Origin: Pecten maximus
Taxonomy: Eukaryota
Length of the DNA: 64,000 nt
NCBI RefSeq assembly: GCF_902652985.1
Contig: NC_047019.1
Coordinates: 33,604,001-33,668,000, forward strand
Direction of reading: 5' to 3'
The notes under the pieces were generated by a model. The model had not been told where the DNA came from and did no database searches. It saw nothing but the letters and a program-made list of their open reading frames with translations. This document shows, one piece after another, positions 26,201-38,540 of the stretch (within the stretch, counting starts at the first letter, position 1; each line of letters opens with the position of its first letter). The translations under genes were made by a program, and so were the position numbers.

Positions 26201-28793
26201 GACTGAATGCTTACAAATCAGACGACACTGGTTACATTCTTTAGACGACAAATACCAAATAAATTATCTATTATGTAAATGATCGGATGCTAGTACGTGT
26301 AGTACCTTAACTCTTACTTACATGTCTATATCTTATAGAAATCTTACTCACATGTCGATATCTGATAGAAATCTAACTCACATGTCTATATCTTATAGAA
26401 ATCCTACTCACATGTCTATATCTTATAGAAATCTTACTCACATGTCGATATCTTATAGAAATCTTACTCACATGTCTATATCTTATCGAAATCTTACTCA
26501 CATGTCTATATCTGATAGAAATCTTTAACAGCATGGTCGACATTCTTAAGAGTGAATAAACTAACAGATATGACAAAACTGTAAAGAGAAGACATTTTTG
26601 ACCATCATTTGATTCTTTTTAACAGGAAGCCTCTGTTCTTTAACTCTTTTACAAAAAATGGAATCCACATAATAGAAGACTTATGGGATTCGACGCAGAG
26701 ACATTTTAAAAACGATCCAGTTATATAGGAAAGATACATAAATAAGAGGGAATTGTATATCTGAATTGGCAAACTTAAAGCTGATATACCGGCAAAATAT
26801 AAAAGATTATTAAGAGAGGAAGAAATGATTAATGAGGATAACATCTATCCACGCTTAGATTCTGTCTTAAATATTCTAGATCGAACTAATAGACACATCG
26901 AGCATAATAAACTTAAGCTAAAGACAATAAGCGTTAAATAATAATGAACCGAAAGTTCAAAATAAATGGGAAAACATTTACGGAAACCAATTTCTGCGGA
27001 ATGATATCTGACTAAACTGTTTTAACATATTGATGGATACAAAAATTAAGGAATTTCAATGCAAGTGTTTATATCAATCATTATATACAGACATAAAAAA
27101 TCAAACTTGGAAGTACTGACGGAAAATGCTATTCCTGCAAAACTGACAATGAAGATACTCAACATTTATTTTTTAGATGTGAATTCACTAAAATTATATT
27201 GAAATATGGAGAAACTATAATGAAGGACACTTTACCAGATTATACCACTGAATTTACTCAATAAGGAGGAAAATGTAACTCTTGGCTACCGGGGTGAAAT
27301 CATTTTACCATTCTGGTAAATACTGTCATCTGTACCATTAAATGGATAATATGGAAAGGAAGAAAAGATAAACATAACAACACACATCCAAACATAGAGG
27401 TTACAAAACTAAAATTTAGGAGACAACTGAAAATGCCCCTTTTTTGCGTGCAATTGACTTGTGTTCTCAAGGCAGGCAATGAATGTCTTCATTAAAGATA
27501 TTTTGATATCACAGACTAAACTGTGTTTCAGATACCCAGATTTAACCAATGCATTCCACGCAAACTATAACTCGGTGATAGCACACTACCTCACAAACGG
27601 TATCCACGAACACCGACTAGGGTACATCGACGGTGGGTATGACGGCAGATGGACGATCTCAAACGGGAAGGACCTGTTCATCAGTGCTTCCAAGCGTATG
27701 GGAGGCGCTATAGACAGCCTCGTTTGGAACAACAAACAAATGATCAACATGTACGACCATGGGCGGGAGTTACAAATGGCGTGTAATTCCGACACGTACA
27801 CGGAGTGTTATAACCCTACAGAAGCCGGGGGTAGGGACGACTCCAGGCACGAAACAACTCACACCCACATTCAGTGGGTGAGAGCACATGGCGACACTTT
27901 GGAATCAGAGGTAAGTCATGACTAAAAAACAGAAGTTGAGACCTAATATTTCGTATCCACCTTTGCCCCTTTTGTAACGATACAGTTGACGTTACCTGAA
28001 CTATTTAGTTAATCTATCGGGCCTACAATCTATGTTTTGTTTAGATGTGTCAAAAACTTGACTGGAACAGCAAGTTTTATACAATTTGTAACGGTATCAA
28101 TTCAGTTATAAATACACTATGTCCAAATAAAGACAAACGGAAAGCATGTTGTATAAAGTATTCAATGACACAGTCCCTCACATTGTATGGTGATTACAGG
28201 TACACCCGGCCTTTTGGTTACGGCCAGGAACACACGAGAAAAGAGCAGTACAATCAGGCTGTCACAGAGGAAGCCCTTCATTGACCCATCAGTCAACATA
28301 TGCCTATCCATTTTGGAAGCAGGTACGCATCGGTGTCCATGGAATGTCCCATGCAATTGAGTTCATGTCAAACTTCACCCTTGCAGGGGATTGGCCGCAT
28401 GACTTGCGGTACATTCAGATGGAAGCACCTACCGGCTACATGCCCGGTGAATTCACTACTGCATATAGATTCAATACTAAAACATTATCCCTGGAGAATC
28501 ATGGATCTAGCTTGGAGCCTCCGGTAGTGTCCACAGACGACGGACAGTACGCGATGGGGGTGTACTCGCCACCTGGACAGGACAGTGACGTGTTTATGTA
28601 CTATGGTGTTTCTTTGCGACTTGGCGGGACATCATTTACTGGAAGTACCAATAAATGGAACGTCGTGTACCGGAAGAGTCGGTTCACTTCCGGTGTGCAT
28701 CATCAGGTGTATAAAACCTACATATGCGTAGGAACACTTAATATGGTGACAGGCTGTCTTCATACACTCATCCAAGACGTACCACATATCTGA
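19849..28793 (+). CDS. Gene 1: secreted uncharacterised protein, 397 aa, 4 exons (19849-19894, 20232-20406, 27532-27910, 28200-28793); signal peptide, two YPD...H-x4-G-x2-E-x-R repeats and a bacterial-type C-terminal domain
   Basis: Exon lengths 46+175+379+594=1194 nt, all introns GT..AG with phases 1, 2, 0, no internal stop. Protein: MYRLLLLICGITAYSDAVDLASPEVFDAQFYLNNYPDI...AHWLSLGIAEGRQGCGSFHSKQYVTRYPDL...AHYLTNGIHEHRLG...MGGAIDSLVWNNKQMINMYDHGRELQ...ECYNPTEAGG...VHPAFWLRPG...MEAPTGYMPGEF...DVPHI*. AATAAA lies 14 nt after the stop. Confidence 0.88.
20017..20155. repeat. 29-bp minisatellite, about 5 copies, in gene 1 intron 1
   Basis: TGTTTGACGTTTACCCTAATCCTTTAAGA, period 29. Confidence 0.95.
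20232..20406 (+). CDS. Gene 1 exon 2
   Basis: Acceptor ttttctgtag|AT, donor AG|gtatat; encodes repeat 1 and the start of repeat 2. Confidence 0.88.
20620..21410. repeat. 24-bp minisatellite (CACAGATAATCTACGATATACCAT)
   Basis: Period 24, gene 1 intron 2. Confidence 0.93.
22180..26183. repeat. 50-bp satellite (GTAACTATTTGTCAGGAGTAACTTGACTCACTGTACTTACTAGACACCAT), about 64 units
   Basis: Period 50; interrupted by a MITE at 22524-23322. Confidence 0.97.
22524..23322. mobile_element. Tc1/mariner (pogo-type) MITE
   Basis: Perfect TIR CCGTAATTTCTTGCGTATTGCCCGC / GCGGGCAATACGCAAGAAATTACGG; TA duplicated (22522-22523, 23323-23324) inside a satellite unit; subterminal GCGGGCTAT repeats. Confidence 0.9.
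26311..26525. repeat. 30-bp minisatellite, about 7 copies
   Basis: TCTTACTCACATGTCTATATCTTATAGAAA. Confidence 0.95.
26540..27430 (+). mobile_element. Decayed L1/Tx1-like LINE ORF2 C-terminal fragment
   Basis: Zinc knuckle CYSCKTDNEDTQHLFFRC at 27127; A-rich interrupted frames; boundaries approximate. Confidence 0.65.
27532..27910 (+). CDS. Gene 1 exon 3
   Basis: Acceptor gtgtttcag|A, donor GAG|gtaagt; YPDLTNAF...GDTLESE. Confidence 0.9.
28200..28793 (+). CDS. Gene 1 exon 4 (terminal)
   Basis: Acceptor gattacag|GTA phase 0, in frame with ORF 28281-28793, TGA stop. Confidence 0.9.
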   Translation, partial: VHPAFWLRPGTHEKRAVQSGCHRGSPSLTHQSTYAYPFWKQVRIGVHGMSHAIEFMSNFTLAGDWPHDLRYIQMEAPTGYMPGEFTTAYRFNTKTLSLENHGSSLEPPVVSTDDGQYAMGVYSPPGQDSDVFMYYGVSLRLGGTSFTGSTNKWNVVYRKSRFTSGVHHQVYKTYICVGTLNMVTGCLHTLIQDVPHI

Positions 28794-28806
28794 TTACAAT
28801 TATGAC

Positions 28807-28812
28807 AATAAA
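28807..28812 (+). promoter_or_regulatory. Polyadenylation signal of gene 1
   Basis: AATAAA 14 nt downstream of the stop codon. Confidence 0.55.
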
Positions 28813-29016
28813 TCTGTAAAGCCTGGTGAAATCTTTGGTTATCTTTGATCATCGACAATACGTTTTATTTACTGCAATGTCAACATGGTAATCCTATGTG
28901 ACAGAACTAGTTGTTCAACAATTTTAATTAGTATATCATTACAGAACAATAAACCCACAACAAAATCTAACGCATGAAAAAAAGGCAAACACAACACAAT
29001 CGCACATACAGCGAGG

Positions 29017-29285
29017 AATAACTTTCCCTACATCGATATTAAACTAGGTAATTTGGAATGATTCCCCCAAACCAGTATTAAACTATGGAATTAGGGATAA
29101 CTTCCCCTACATAAGTATTGAACTAGTCAATTAATTTTTACTTTTCCTACATCAGTAGGGATTACTCACCCTACATCAATATTGAACTTAATAATTAGGG
29201 ATTACTTTCCCTACATCAGTACTGAACCAATGCTTAAGGATTTACTTTCCCTACACCAGCATTGAACTAGTAATTACTATTCTAC
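29017..29285. repeat. Degenerate ~40-bp minisatellite (TTACTTCCCCTACATCAGTATTGAACTAGGTAATTAGGGA)
   Basis: Recurrent CCCTACATCAGTATTGAACTAG; same family at 52545-52960. Confidence 0.75.
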
Positions 29286-29319
29286 AATTCAGTTATAATG
29301 ATGTTTTGTAGATTGAAAT

Positions 29320-29862
29320 AAGTATATTTTGTTTACTGACAGGATGTTGCGATGGAAAAATTAAAACACGAATTTAGGGTAATATGTAGAAAAGCAAATC
29401 ACGCGTTATTTTTATCTTAAACACACAATTTTCCACAGAAACACACCTTCCTGATAACGATACAATAACAACATCAACATCTTTAAGTTGCAAGTCATAT
29501 GCAGTATATCCGGATTTGAGGTTTTTCCTTTATATTGCATATTAAGCAATTTTATTTCAAAATTATTGATCGTTTTTGACGAGACATTGAAGTATATTTT
29601 GTTTACTGACAGGATGTTGCGATGGAAAAATTAAAACACGAATTTAGGGTAATATGTAGAAAAGCAAATCACGCGTTATTTTTATCTTAAACACACAATT
29701 TTCCACAGAAACACACCTTCCTGATAACGATACAATAACAACATCAACATCTTTAAGTTGCAAGTCATATGCAGTATATCCGGATTTGAGGTTTTTCCTT
29801 TATATTGCATATTAAGCAATTTTATTTCAAAATTATTGATCGTTTTTGACGAGACATTGAAG
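29320..29862. repeat. 270-bp direct tandem duplication
   Basis: 29320-29589 reads identical to 29590-29859. Confidence 0.92.
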
Positions 29863-30099
29863 AATGAAATAACTTTAAGGTGTTCCTATCACTACCGATG
29901 AGTCCTAGTAGAATGAAACAGCTGCATGCTGTTCCTATCATCACTGACGAGTCCTAGAAGATTGAAAGAGTTATATGTTGTCTCCACCAACACTGAAAAA
30001 CGTAGAAGAATGAACTAGGTGATTACCTTTCCATAGTGAAGGAGCTGTTAAATTAGAAAAAAATTAGACTTTCAAAAATCAGACATGGACGCTTTTATG

Positions 30100-30783
30100 A
30101 AACAAGAGGCCCATGAGCATTACAGTCAGCTGAGCTTTGATACACTTTGATTCCCCTAACCTTGAATTTGAGGTAAAAATCGTTCACCCCATCATGCTAC
30201 AGGCCAAATATCAGGTTTCTAAGGGTGTTGGTTCTTGATAAGACATGTAAAAATAGCATATTTGACCATAATAATCTTAAATGATGACCAAGGTCATTCG
30301 TTTGACAATCTGGATAGCTCTTCACCCCAGGATGCTACAGGCCCATTATGTGGTTTGTGGGCCTCTTACTTAGTGAGAAGTCATTAGATAATCTAGTATA
30401 TTTGATCCATGTGACCTTGAATGAAGGTCAAGGTCATTCATGTATACAGTCTTGATGTCCTTTCAACCCGACATGCAAAAGGCCCAATACCACGTCCTTG
30501 TACATATTGCTTAAAGAGAAGTCATTAAAAGAATTTAGCATATTTGACCCCTGTGGCAATGAATGAAGGTCAAATTCATTCATATGAACAATGTTTACCC
30601 CATTATGCTATATGTCCAATATACGATCTCTTGTCTTCTTGGTTATTGAGAAAAAGTCGAAAATATAGATCGTTTTCGAACGGACGACGAACAACGCAGG
30701 ATGCATGAAGTGTGACGGACGACGATGGACAAAAGGTGATTAGAATAGGTCACTTGGAATTTTGTTGTCAGGTGACCTAAAAA
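30100..30783. mobile_element. Non-autonomous Helitron/Helentron-type element
   Basis: Starts AAACAAGAGGCCCATG; internal ~130-bp degenerate repeats with TGACCTTGAATGAAGGTCAAGGTCA; GGACGACG microsatellite; terminal hairpin AGGTCAC...GTGACCT then an A-run. Confidence 0.65.
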
Positions 30784-31345
30784 CAAGATGTGTATTTGTC
30801 CGTTTACCATTGACCATGAGTAGCACATATATGGCATACTTTGGTGGCGGCCCCTATGACGGGTATCTCCAAAATATGTTTCACGCAAAAGAGTTAATAC
30901 GGTATCGTTTGATTGGTTGCTTTTTGTAGAGCGGAAGCGAGAATCTCCGTACCAATCGTCCCACGGTTTCTGTCCGTAAGCGTCAGGATCGTGGATTACC
31001 GACGCTGGTCGAAGCGTCGTTCTGATCCAAATTGTCGACATAAAAAGGATGGCTGCAACAGGACAGTTTGAGGATATAAAATTATTTGCTTGAAAGATGC
31101 TACATTCCCTACAAAAGTAATTGTATGTATGATCGATTTAAAACAAGAATAGGCTGTAGTATATATTTTTACCATGCGCAAAATTAAATACTTGATGCTT
31201 TTACCACCCTCCAAAAATTTGAGCGCCTTATTATGTTTTTTAATATATCTGGAAAAAAATAATCAATTGCACTTTGAAGAAATACTATCGTGCAACGCCT
31301 CTACCAAACTATCGCAAAGTAGGCGATCCAATTTGTGCGTAGGTA

Positions 31346-32093
31346 TTTTTTTTCTTTGAACATAATTTATTGTATCATAAATATACAAAGGGATCGGTCA
31401 CAAGTTTTCCAACTTATATAAAGCCCTTTCTCAAAAACAAAGTGATTTTAATTTTTGACACTGTGAGATTAAGAAGAGTAGAGATGGGGTGATACTTACT
31501 GGGAGTTGGAGAGAGAGAATGTAGAAGTCTGCTTCATTTACAATTTATTTTCAATTTTTGAAGAATAATTAGGAAATTTTTGACATGAAAGTTTAAAAAT
31601 TTGTTTTTAGACAGAGTGATAGATCTCGACGCAGCTGACATTTGTTAACATTGCGTTATTCTATACTTTCAGCTGTTCAATGTTCATCATATCTCATGCA
31701 ATGTTTTGCTTTCACCGTTGTTTTTCCTTTCCTTCTGATATATCCGTTTGTGAGTAGGTACAATGTACATGCATATGTGTTTCGTTGTATCGAGTACGTA
31801 AGGTACATTTGAATAAGGTATTAATGTACACGTTGCGGAGTAACTGACTGATATTAAGTAATTTGGGAAGATCCAGTCGTTTTGATGTAAACAAGTACAT
31901 TTTATGTACGTCCATTTTATAAGTAATTTGAACAAGTTTAGATTATACACCATGTTTACCTATTTTGATTCTTTACCTTTATATACTGTAAATCACTTAT
32001 ATTTCGCAGGTATTTAATTTCGCGAACTCACCTAATTTGACTTATTCGCGAATACATAATTTCGCGAATTCTGATCTCAAAATGACTTTAAAT

Positions 32094-32125
<32 letters not shown>

Positions 32126-32750
32126 TTGGAAAATAGGGAGGAGGGGGGGGGGGGGGGGGGGGGGATAGACAAAGAAGATAGACAAAGAAGGATGGGACCA
32201 TTTAATACATAAAATTAAAATAATATACCTTGATAGGAGATGGAAAGTAATTATTATCTGCTTATTTAATGAGTATCAGCAACACAGCACTGGAGAAAAA
32301 AAGGAGATATGGTAATTATAAGTCGGAGATTTTCCCCCAGTTTTTCCACTCTTTTTCAAACTTTTCCCTACAGGCTTCTCCTTTACTATATGCAATAAAT
32401 TTTTGCGTCTCATGATATTGTTTAAGAGCACTTATCAGACCATTGATGTTTAAAGACTTGTGAAAACATCGCATTTTATAAATATATTGTTTGATAACAA
32501 GGAGAATTTCATTGTCAACTTTACAGTTATTAGGATTTTGAGATAGTAGTCCAAAAATAAAAGATTGCTTATTGAAATTAAATGGGATAAAAAGAGCATC
32601 TAATAAAATTCTAAGACTTTCTAATAAGTTCTGAACTTCACAACATTCCCACAAGATATGTATGATAGTTTCAATTTCAGAATTGCATAAAGTACAAAGA
32701 GGAGAAATTACTAGCTGTGATTTGAAAAGAAAAGAGTTTGTGGTAACCTT
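31346..32750 (-). mobile_element. 5'-truncated Tx1/L1-like LINE (ORF2 C-terminus and 3' UTR)
   Basis: Minus strand reads TTNSFLFK...LCTLCNSEIETIIHILWEC...KQYIYKMRC...KFEKEWKNW (includes ORF 32316-32654); AATAAA plus A-tail at ~31346-31372 on the minus strand. Confidence 0.8.
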
Positions 32751-35457
32751 ACATAACTTACAACAGCGTGGGTAATAAAGTAGGACGTATTCCGGGTGGT
32801 CATCCGGGATCCGCGGGACCGTACCTATTGTACTTAAATTAACTACATGTAAAACGTCGTCTAGAAGTTAGAATCTATTTAAGTCCGAGTTCAACCACAA
32901 TATCAGTGTTCAGTGGCGGTTTTTTGTGTGTGAAATTTTAGTGTTTTGTATTAGAATGTCCTTTGTAGTTGGAGTATCTCGTTGAAAGTTGTCTGTGTCA
33001 ATACTCGAGAAATTCAATTTGACAGCAATGATGACACCAATAAAACACATTGTCGGAGAGAAGGAAAAATAAAAAAAGAGAATCAAAACCGATACAACAA
33101 TACTCACATAAACAACACACGAACTTACCGGTTAGACCTGTACTCAACGACGAGACCACTTAGCACTCAAGACAGATTTGTCAATATAAAAATCTCATGT
33201 GTGCAATTTTATGTACTTTTGTGCCAGGCAGTGCATAGGTTGTCGGCTGTTGTATCTTAAAAACAAAAAAAATGTTATTTCAAAAATTTACCTACACCTG
33301 ATTATTTTGGGTTGTTCTGAAAACAAAACATGATTTGAATATCAGTCAGCAGTAAAAACTATTTCCATTCGGTGTTTGGACCCACTCGACGAACGGTTTC
33401 CCTCGACCTGCGATCTCGGCAAGCTGTTGATCGGATTTCGATTGTGACTAAGAAGACACGAAACAGCATTATATTTATTAATACAAAAAGGTGCTACACA
33501 TTGGTGGGCCTTTTGACCAGTTCCTGCAGGAAGTCTTCGTTGTCTTGGGTAATAACAATATAACATGAACTCGGTAGGTCTATTTCTAAGACAATACATA
33601 TTTCATCTGCAATGCTGTTTATGTCCATGCTACATTTTTCATAAAAATGTACCTGATTATGGAGAGAATGTTGACTGTGATAACTAGCGTCCATTTTTTT
33701 TTTATATCATATTGATGCGTTCGTTTATATTCAAATCAATAAAATGAGAACAGGTAATTATGGGCCTCTCCCTGCTATCTGTGTGTGTGTATGGCCTTTA
33801 CGTTGTATAATTGAAAAGTTGATAAACACACATTGGCACATTAATAGATCGAATTTGTTCTAAAAGGACATGCTTTATGGTATGATCAATACCAATCCCT
33901 TTTTTGTTCCACACCTCTTTTAAATACAACCAACACAACTCCAGACTTGACAAACTGAATGGGTTTGGAATTTCCTGTCGACAATGGGCTAAGTCTATTT
34001 ACCCCAAACCTCATACTTTATGTGTCACCTTATGAATCCCTCCTTTGTAATTAGGTTACCACATAACTAAGGGAATAACATTAAGGATTGATGGTATTCA
34101 GCACTAACCCAACCTTATGTCATAACTTAAACATACAAATTGTTATAAAGCAAACCACGTTTTTTTTACAACGATCGGGAAACATTATGATCCAACATAG
34201 CTTTGTAGCTTCGAGTTCCTTTGGTTTTACCGTAAGAGGAAAACCGGAATAACCAGAAAAACTCCACGTGGTCCGGCAGGTGACATCCGTGCTGTTCTTG
34301 TTAATATATTTGCTGGCTTTGTTGAAATAATAAACCGCAGGTATTCTTTAGGATTGGTTTGGCTTAGTTACGTATTTTTTAAGGTTCTATCAACAGGTAA
34401 GTTCATTAAAAGACATCTTCCCCTGTGTGGTGCAGTTTGGAAGGGTGCAGTATGTTCGTATTTGTCTCCTTGTGACAACGTGGAACTGATGCTGACTTCA
34501 TACGGCTCTATTTTTTAATGTGACGTAACCTGGATTTGACCTAGATTTTTATGGCGGGTTTCGTCGATGAAGCAGAAAACGTGTATTCTATCGCAGAATC
34601 TCGTCTTGTTTCTTGTTCTATTTCAATATGCTCAATACAAATCTAAACTTTTGTCAATAATTTGCCATTGTCTTACCGATCTTGAGTTGAAATCATGGTT
34701 TCGTCAATATGTCGGTATTCTCCGTTGAGTTTGTCTTTATAACATGATTTTGAAACTCTACCTTCAATGTTTGTTAACTTTATTTTGATGATTAAATGTA
34801 ATTATTTTTTTTTGTATTTTGCCCACCGTTTGAAAATTTTGTAGTCGAATGATGTTTGTTTTGATAGCGGTATTCTCAGTGGTTTGGCTTATTCTTTCTA
34901 GACTACAATGATAAGATGATAAATTGGATTTTCCCTGTGTCTTTGTGCTTGTTCCTTCTAAACTACAATGATAATATAGTAAATTGGATTTTCTCTATAA
35001 TTTGACTTATTCCTTCTAGACTATCATGGTCAGTTATAGATAAGATTTTACAACGCTTGCTCATTGCTGTTGAACATCACCTTATAAAACTGGTCAACAT
35101 TTACTTGACAAACGCAAAGAAGTAGCAAGTATGACTAATAATTGAAACAACCATACATTCGTGACTAACACCAGGACGTTAGACAAACACCCCTTTTCAC
35201 CCCCCTATCGCCTCAAATGTTTGTTTTCTTTGCGAGTTTCTTCGCATCGTGAACAGCCACTTTCACTTTAGCTGTCTTTTTAGAGTCTCTTTCTAGTAGT
35301 TGGTGACAAAGAGAGCAAAGAGGATTGAATGTCTTGTCATAGGATACAGCCACGACATCACAAACTGGCTATTAATCTTCCCAATAAACACAAGTGTAAG
35401 GAGCGTCAAACAACACATTTCAGTACTCTACTCCTTCTCCGCCTCTTAACTTGTTAA

Positions 35458-35940
35458 AGAGGCTTGCCCGCAGAGAGATCAGAAAAATTGGCTAATAGAA
35501 AAAGATTTTTTTACACATGACAGATTGTTGGAATTGTTGAGTTTTTCATTTTATTTTCCTTATAAAACGCTGAAAAGTGATATTAAAACCTCATTTTTTA
35601 AATATTATTAATTTAATCGCAACCCGCAAAAAGTCCCCGCTATAAAGTGGAGTCTAATTTGATTGACACATCAAAGAAACAAGCACGTGCACAGTGCCGC
35701 ACAGTGCCGCACAGTGATAACTTCAAAGGCAGCGGCGATTTACAAAGAAGATTTGCCGTTATATTCCATACATTTCCCTCTCAGGTTGAGTTTTAAAACG
35801 TCTTTTAAATACATATTCTGTAATTGTTTTCAAGAAATAAAGTCGGAAAGCCTCTAATTTTGTCACATAGAAACGTGTACTGAAGTTTATTTAGTGATCG
35901 GAGATGTGCCGTTTACCGGTCCGTCTGCGGGTAAGCCTCT
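35458..35940. mobile_element. MITE with TTAA target duplication (Kolobok-like)
   Basis: TTAA|AGAGGCTTGCCCGCAGA ... TCTGCGGGTAAGCCTCT|TTAA, 16/17 TIR match. Confidence 0.85.
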
Positions 35941-38329
35941 TTAACCTAGTTACAAAGAAGCTTAATTAACAAGAGCTCTTTAAGAACAACACATAAGTAA
36001 CAGATATCCAACGTAATGAAAAATGTGATATCCAGGTTATCCCTTGTATCCATATAACAATATAAAAATACCTTCGTGTTAAACGTGAACAGAGTAACAA
36101 TTACCTGTTTTCGGCCCTTTTGATCAGCCTAGAACACATATTAATTATGTGACAAAGCAAATGTACATTACCTTAAAGGTTATTCAACATCACAAGATCA
36201 ATAATTCCCACAAAATGATGCATGACCTCCTCCTTCAGTATCTACAAGAAATCCTTACGAAAAGGGGCCAGTTGGAGAGGGGTCATGGTGGTCAATACAA
36301 TAAAATAGACCTCTGAAGTCTTCTCTAACTTGAAATGCTAAAAGTCACTCATGAACTTGGTGCGTCCCTCACACAATATTTTCTCTGCTCTAACATAAGC
36401 TATTTATCTGCCAAAAAATAATCGTGTGGAATAAAATAAGTCATACCAATTCCATTCACATATGCACGTGTTGACTTTCGTTGATATATGGTATTTCAAT
36501 ATTCAGGTGTTCAATAATTGAGTACCAGCATCATTAGGATACATTTTAAGTATAAGATGTAGAAATTATGAAATATTTATTGACAAGTAGTATTTAAATG
36601 CTGGAAAAAAACACTAAAAATATTTGATTAAAAAGAAAGAAAAAAAAAAACAAAAAAAAAACAAAACAAAACAACAACAACATTTTGTTGAGTAGGATAC
36701 CTAAAAGGGTTTGTGCATTATTGATTGCAATTTTAGGTGTCTCTAGTAAGGTAGATGATAAATAACAAAATTAATATTGGTACTTGTTGTGCCCTGCTTG
36801 ATAATCATCATTACGTTGATGGTATGTAAGGTGGGGTTTCCTCCCGCAGTAAAACCCTCGCGTGCTTCCATGCAGGACAACAATGGTGGTTAATGTAAAT
36901 ATTGTCAAATAAATAACGTTGATAATTACAAGGGCTGCCCCATTGAACATTTCATAATAGGACGACTGTAACTGATATATAATATGGTAGTTACAGACGT
37001 ACTTTGAAATATGTGTGTGTGTGTGTGCCTTTTTATGTGGGTGGGGTGGGGGTGAGGAAGGGCATGCCTTTCTCACACAAGAGGCTGTCCTTGAATGACT
37101 AAAGCAATCAATTGGACGTTAGATAATATAAAGCAAACCTTATACGTTAACATTTTTTGGTACGAAAAACAACTGTGTCGGTGATATAACGCATGCGCTG
37201 TTCTTTGATATATTTACTCTCTTCAAATCCAGTCCGATAACAGATACAAGATATTAAGTACGAGTAACGTGGCGTGTTTTACACCGGAGTTAAGGTAGGT
37301 CATGTTGTAAGGACATTGTTCACGACAAATAATACTCTTTTAGATGTCAATCCAACTTTATTTATATACTTCATATTTTAAAACATATTTATAGTATATT
37401 GCTATTTCATAGTCCGCATATGTTTGGAGGTGTAATTCTTTGATAATCATTTTAATGATGATCGATATCAGGGTTATGGCAAATACATGACAATGAATAC
37501 ACGGCAAAACATGTAAAGATCAGCCAACTTGTACTTGTATGTTATATAGCCATGTACAATGTATTGTATTAATTTACTATTAATACGGTTTACCCGCTTT
37601 TCTACGCTAACTCTCTTAGGGCAATTCTCTTAGATATGATAATTTCAGGCTAAATTAAATCAGTATTTTAGTGAAACATCATATGGAATACATAATACAG
37701 TACGATATATTACATGTACATTTATTTTTTGTAAATTGATCTAAATCAAATATATCAGGAACCTAACTTGAATCCCCCCCCCCCCCCCCCCCCCCCCGGA
37801 TTTTATGAGGCTAGCCTTACTTATAGGTCATACATAATGTTAATGCTTGGTATGATATAGCATTAATCTACTGATTTGATATTTGTTTCAACTTAAACTT
37901 ATGTTTCATTATCATGTTTGAATCAGTATTTCATTGTTTGTTTTTTGGCTAAATAAAAATCAGTAATATAACTAAAACTCAGGGGAAAAATCGGTATGCA
38001 AAATATATATATTTATTATATTTCCCAAACAATGTATCCTCTTATTCCTTTATTTTACACAAAAAAAAAAAACAAAAAAAAACCCAATAAATAAAAAATA
38101 GGTAAATGAAATAAAATAAAATAAATATATATGCTAGGTACCCTACACCGAACCCTACACTATGTCTGAACAAATTCTTTTAAAGAATACTTTCTGTTAT
38201 AAATTGTTATAAACAAAAGAGATAAAACACTTAATATTTTTATTGAATCAATTACAATTACATGAAAATGCATCCTAAATATAAGGGTGTGTCTGGAATG
38301 CACCGCAGAATTAAACTGTTCGTAAGAAT

Positions 38330-38540
38330 AAGAAAAATAATCAAAACGAAACTATATCTATAATGGAAAACTTTAACTTAGTGGAAATATGGAGGGAACG
38401 AAATCCTGATAATAACATATAAAGTATTTTGTATGTAATTCCGGTTTTAGTGCAAGTTATTGGTCGGATCATTACTCAATTTCAGCCAAAGGGAAAGGAA
38501 CCATAAAAACAAATTAACAGTTATACCTTCAGAAGAGACA
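38330..38540 (+). mobile_element. Decayed L1/Tx1 endonuclease fragment
   Basis: MENFNLVEIWRERNPD and SDHYSISAKGKG resemble the APE motifs LxDxWRxxNP and SDH. Confidence 0.55.

Noticed and set aside
34225-36875. SINE-like fragments (GAGGAAAACCGGAATAACCAG at ~34236; GGGTTTCCTCCCGCAG at ~36834)
   Set aside because: Too short and decayed to delimit; no intact tRNA-like head and no tRNA gene supportable
32144-37797. G-run (32144-32164) and C-run (37774-37797) as G-quadruplex elements
   Set aside because: Plain homopolymers, one inside a LINE UTR; lengths are unreliable and there is no supporting context
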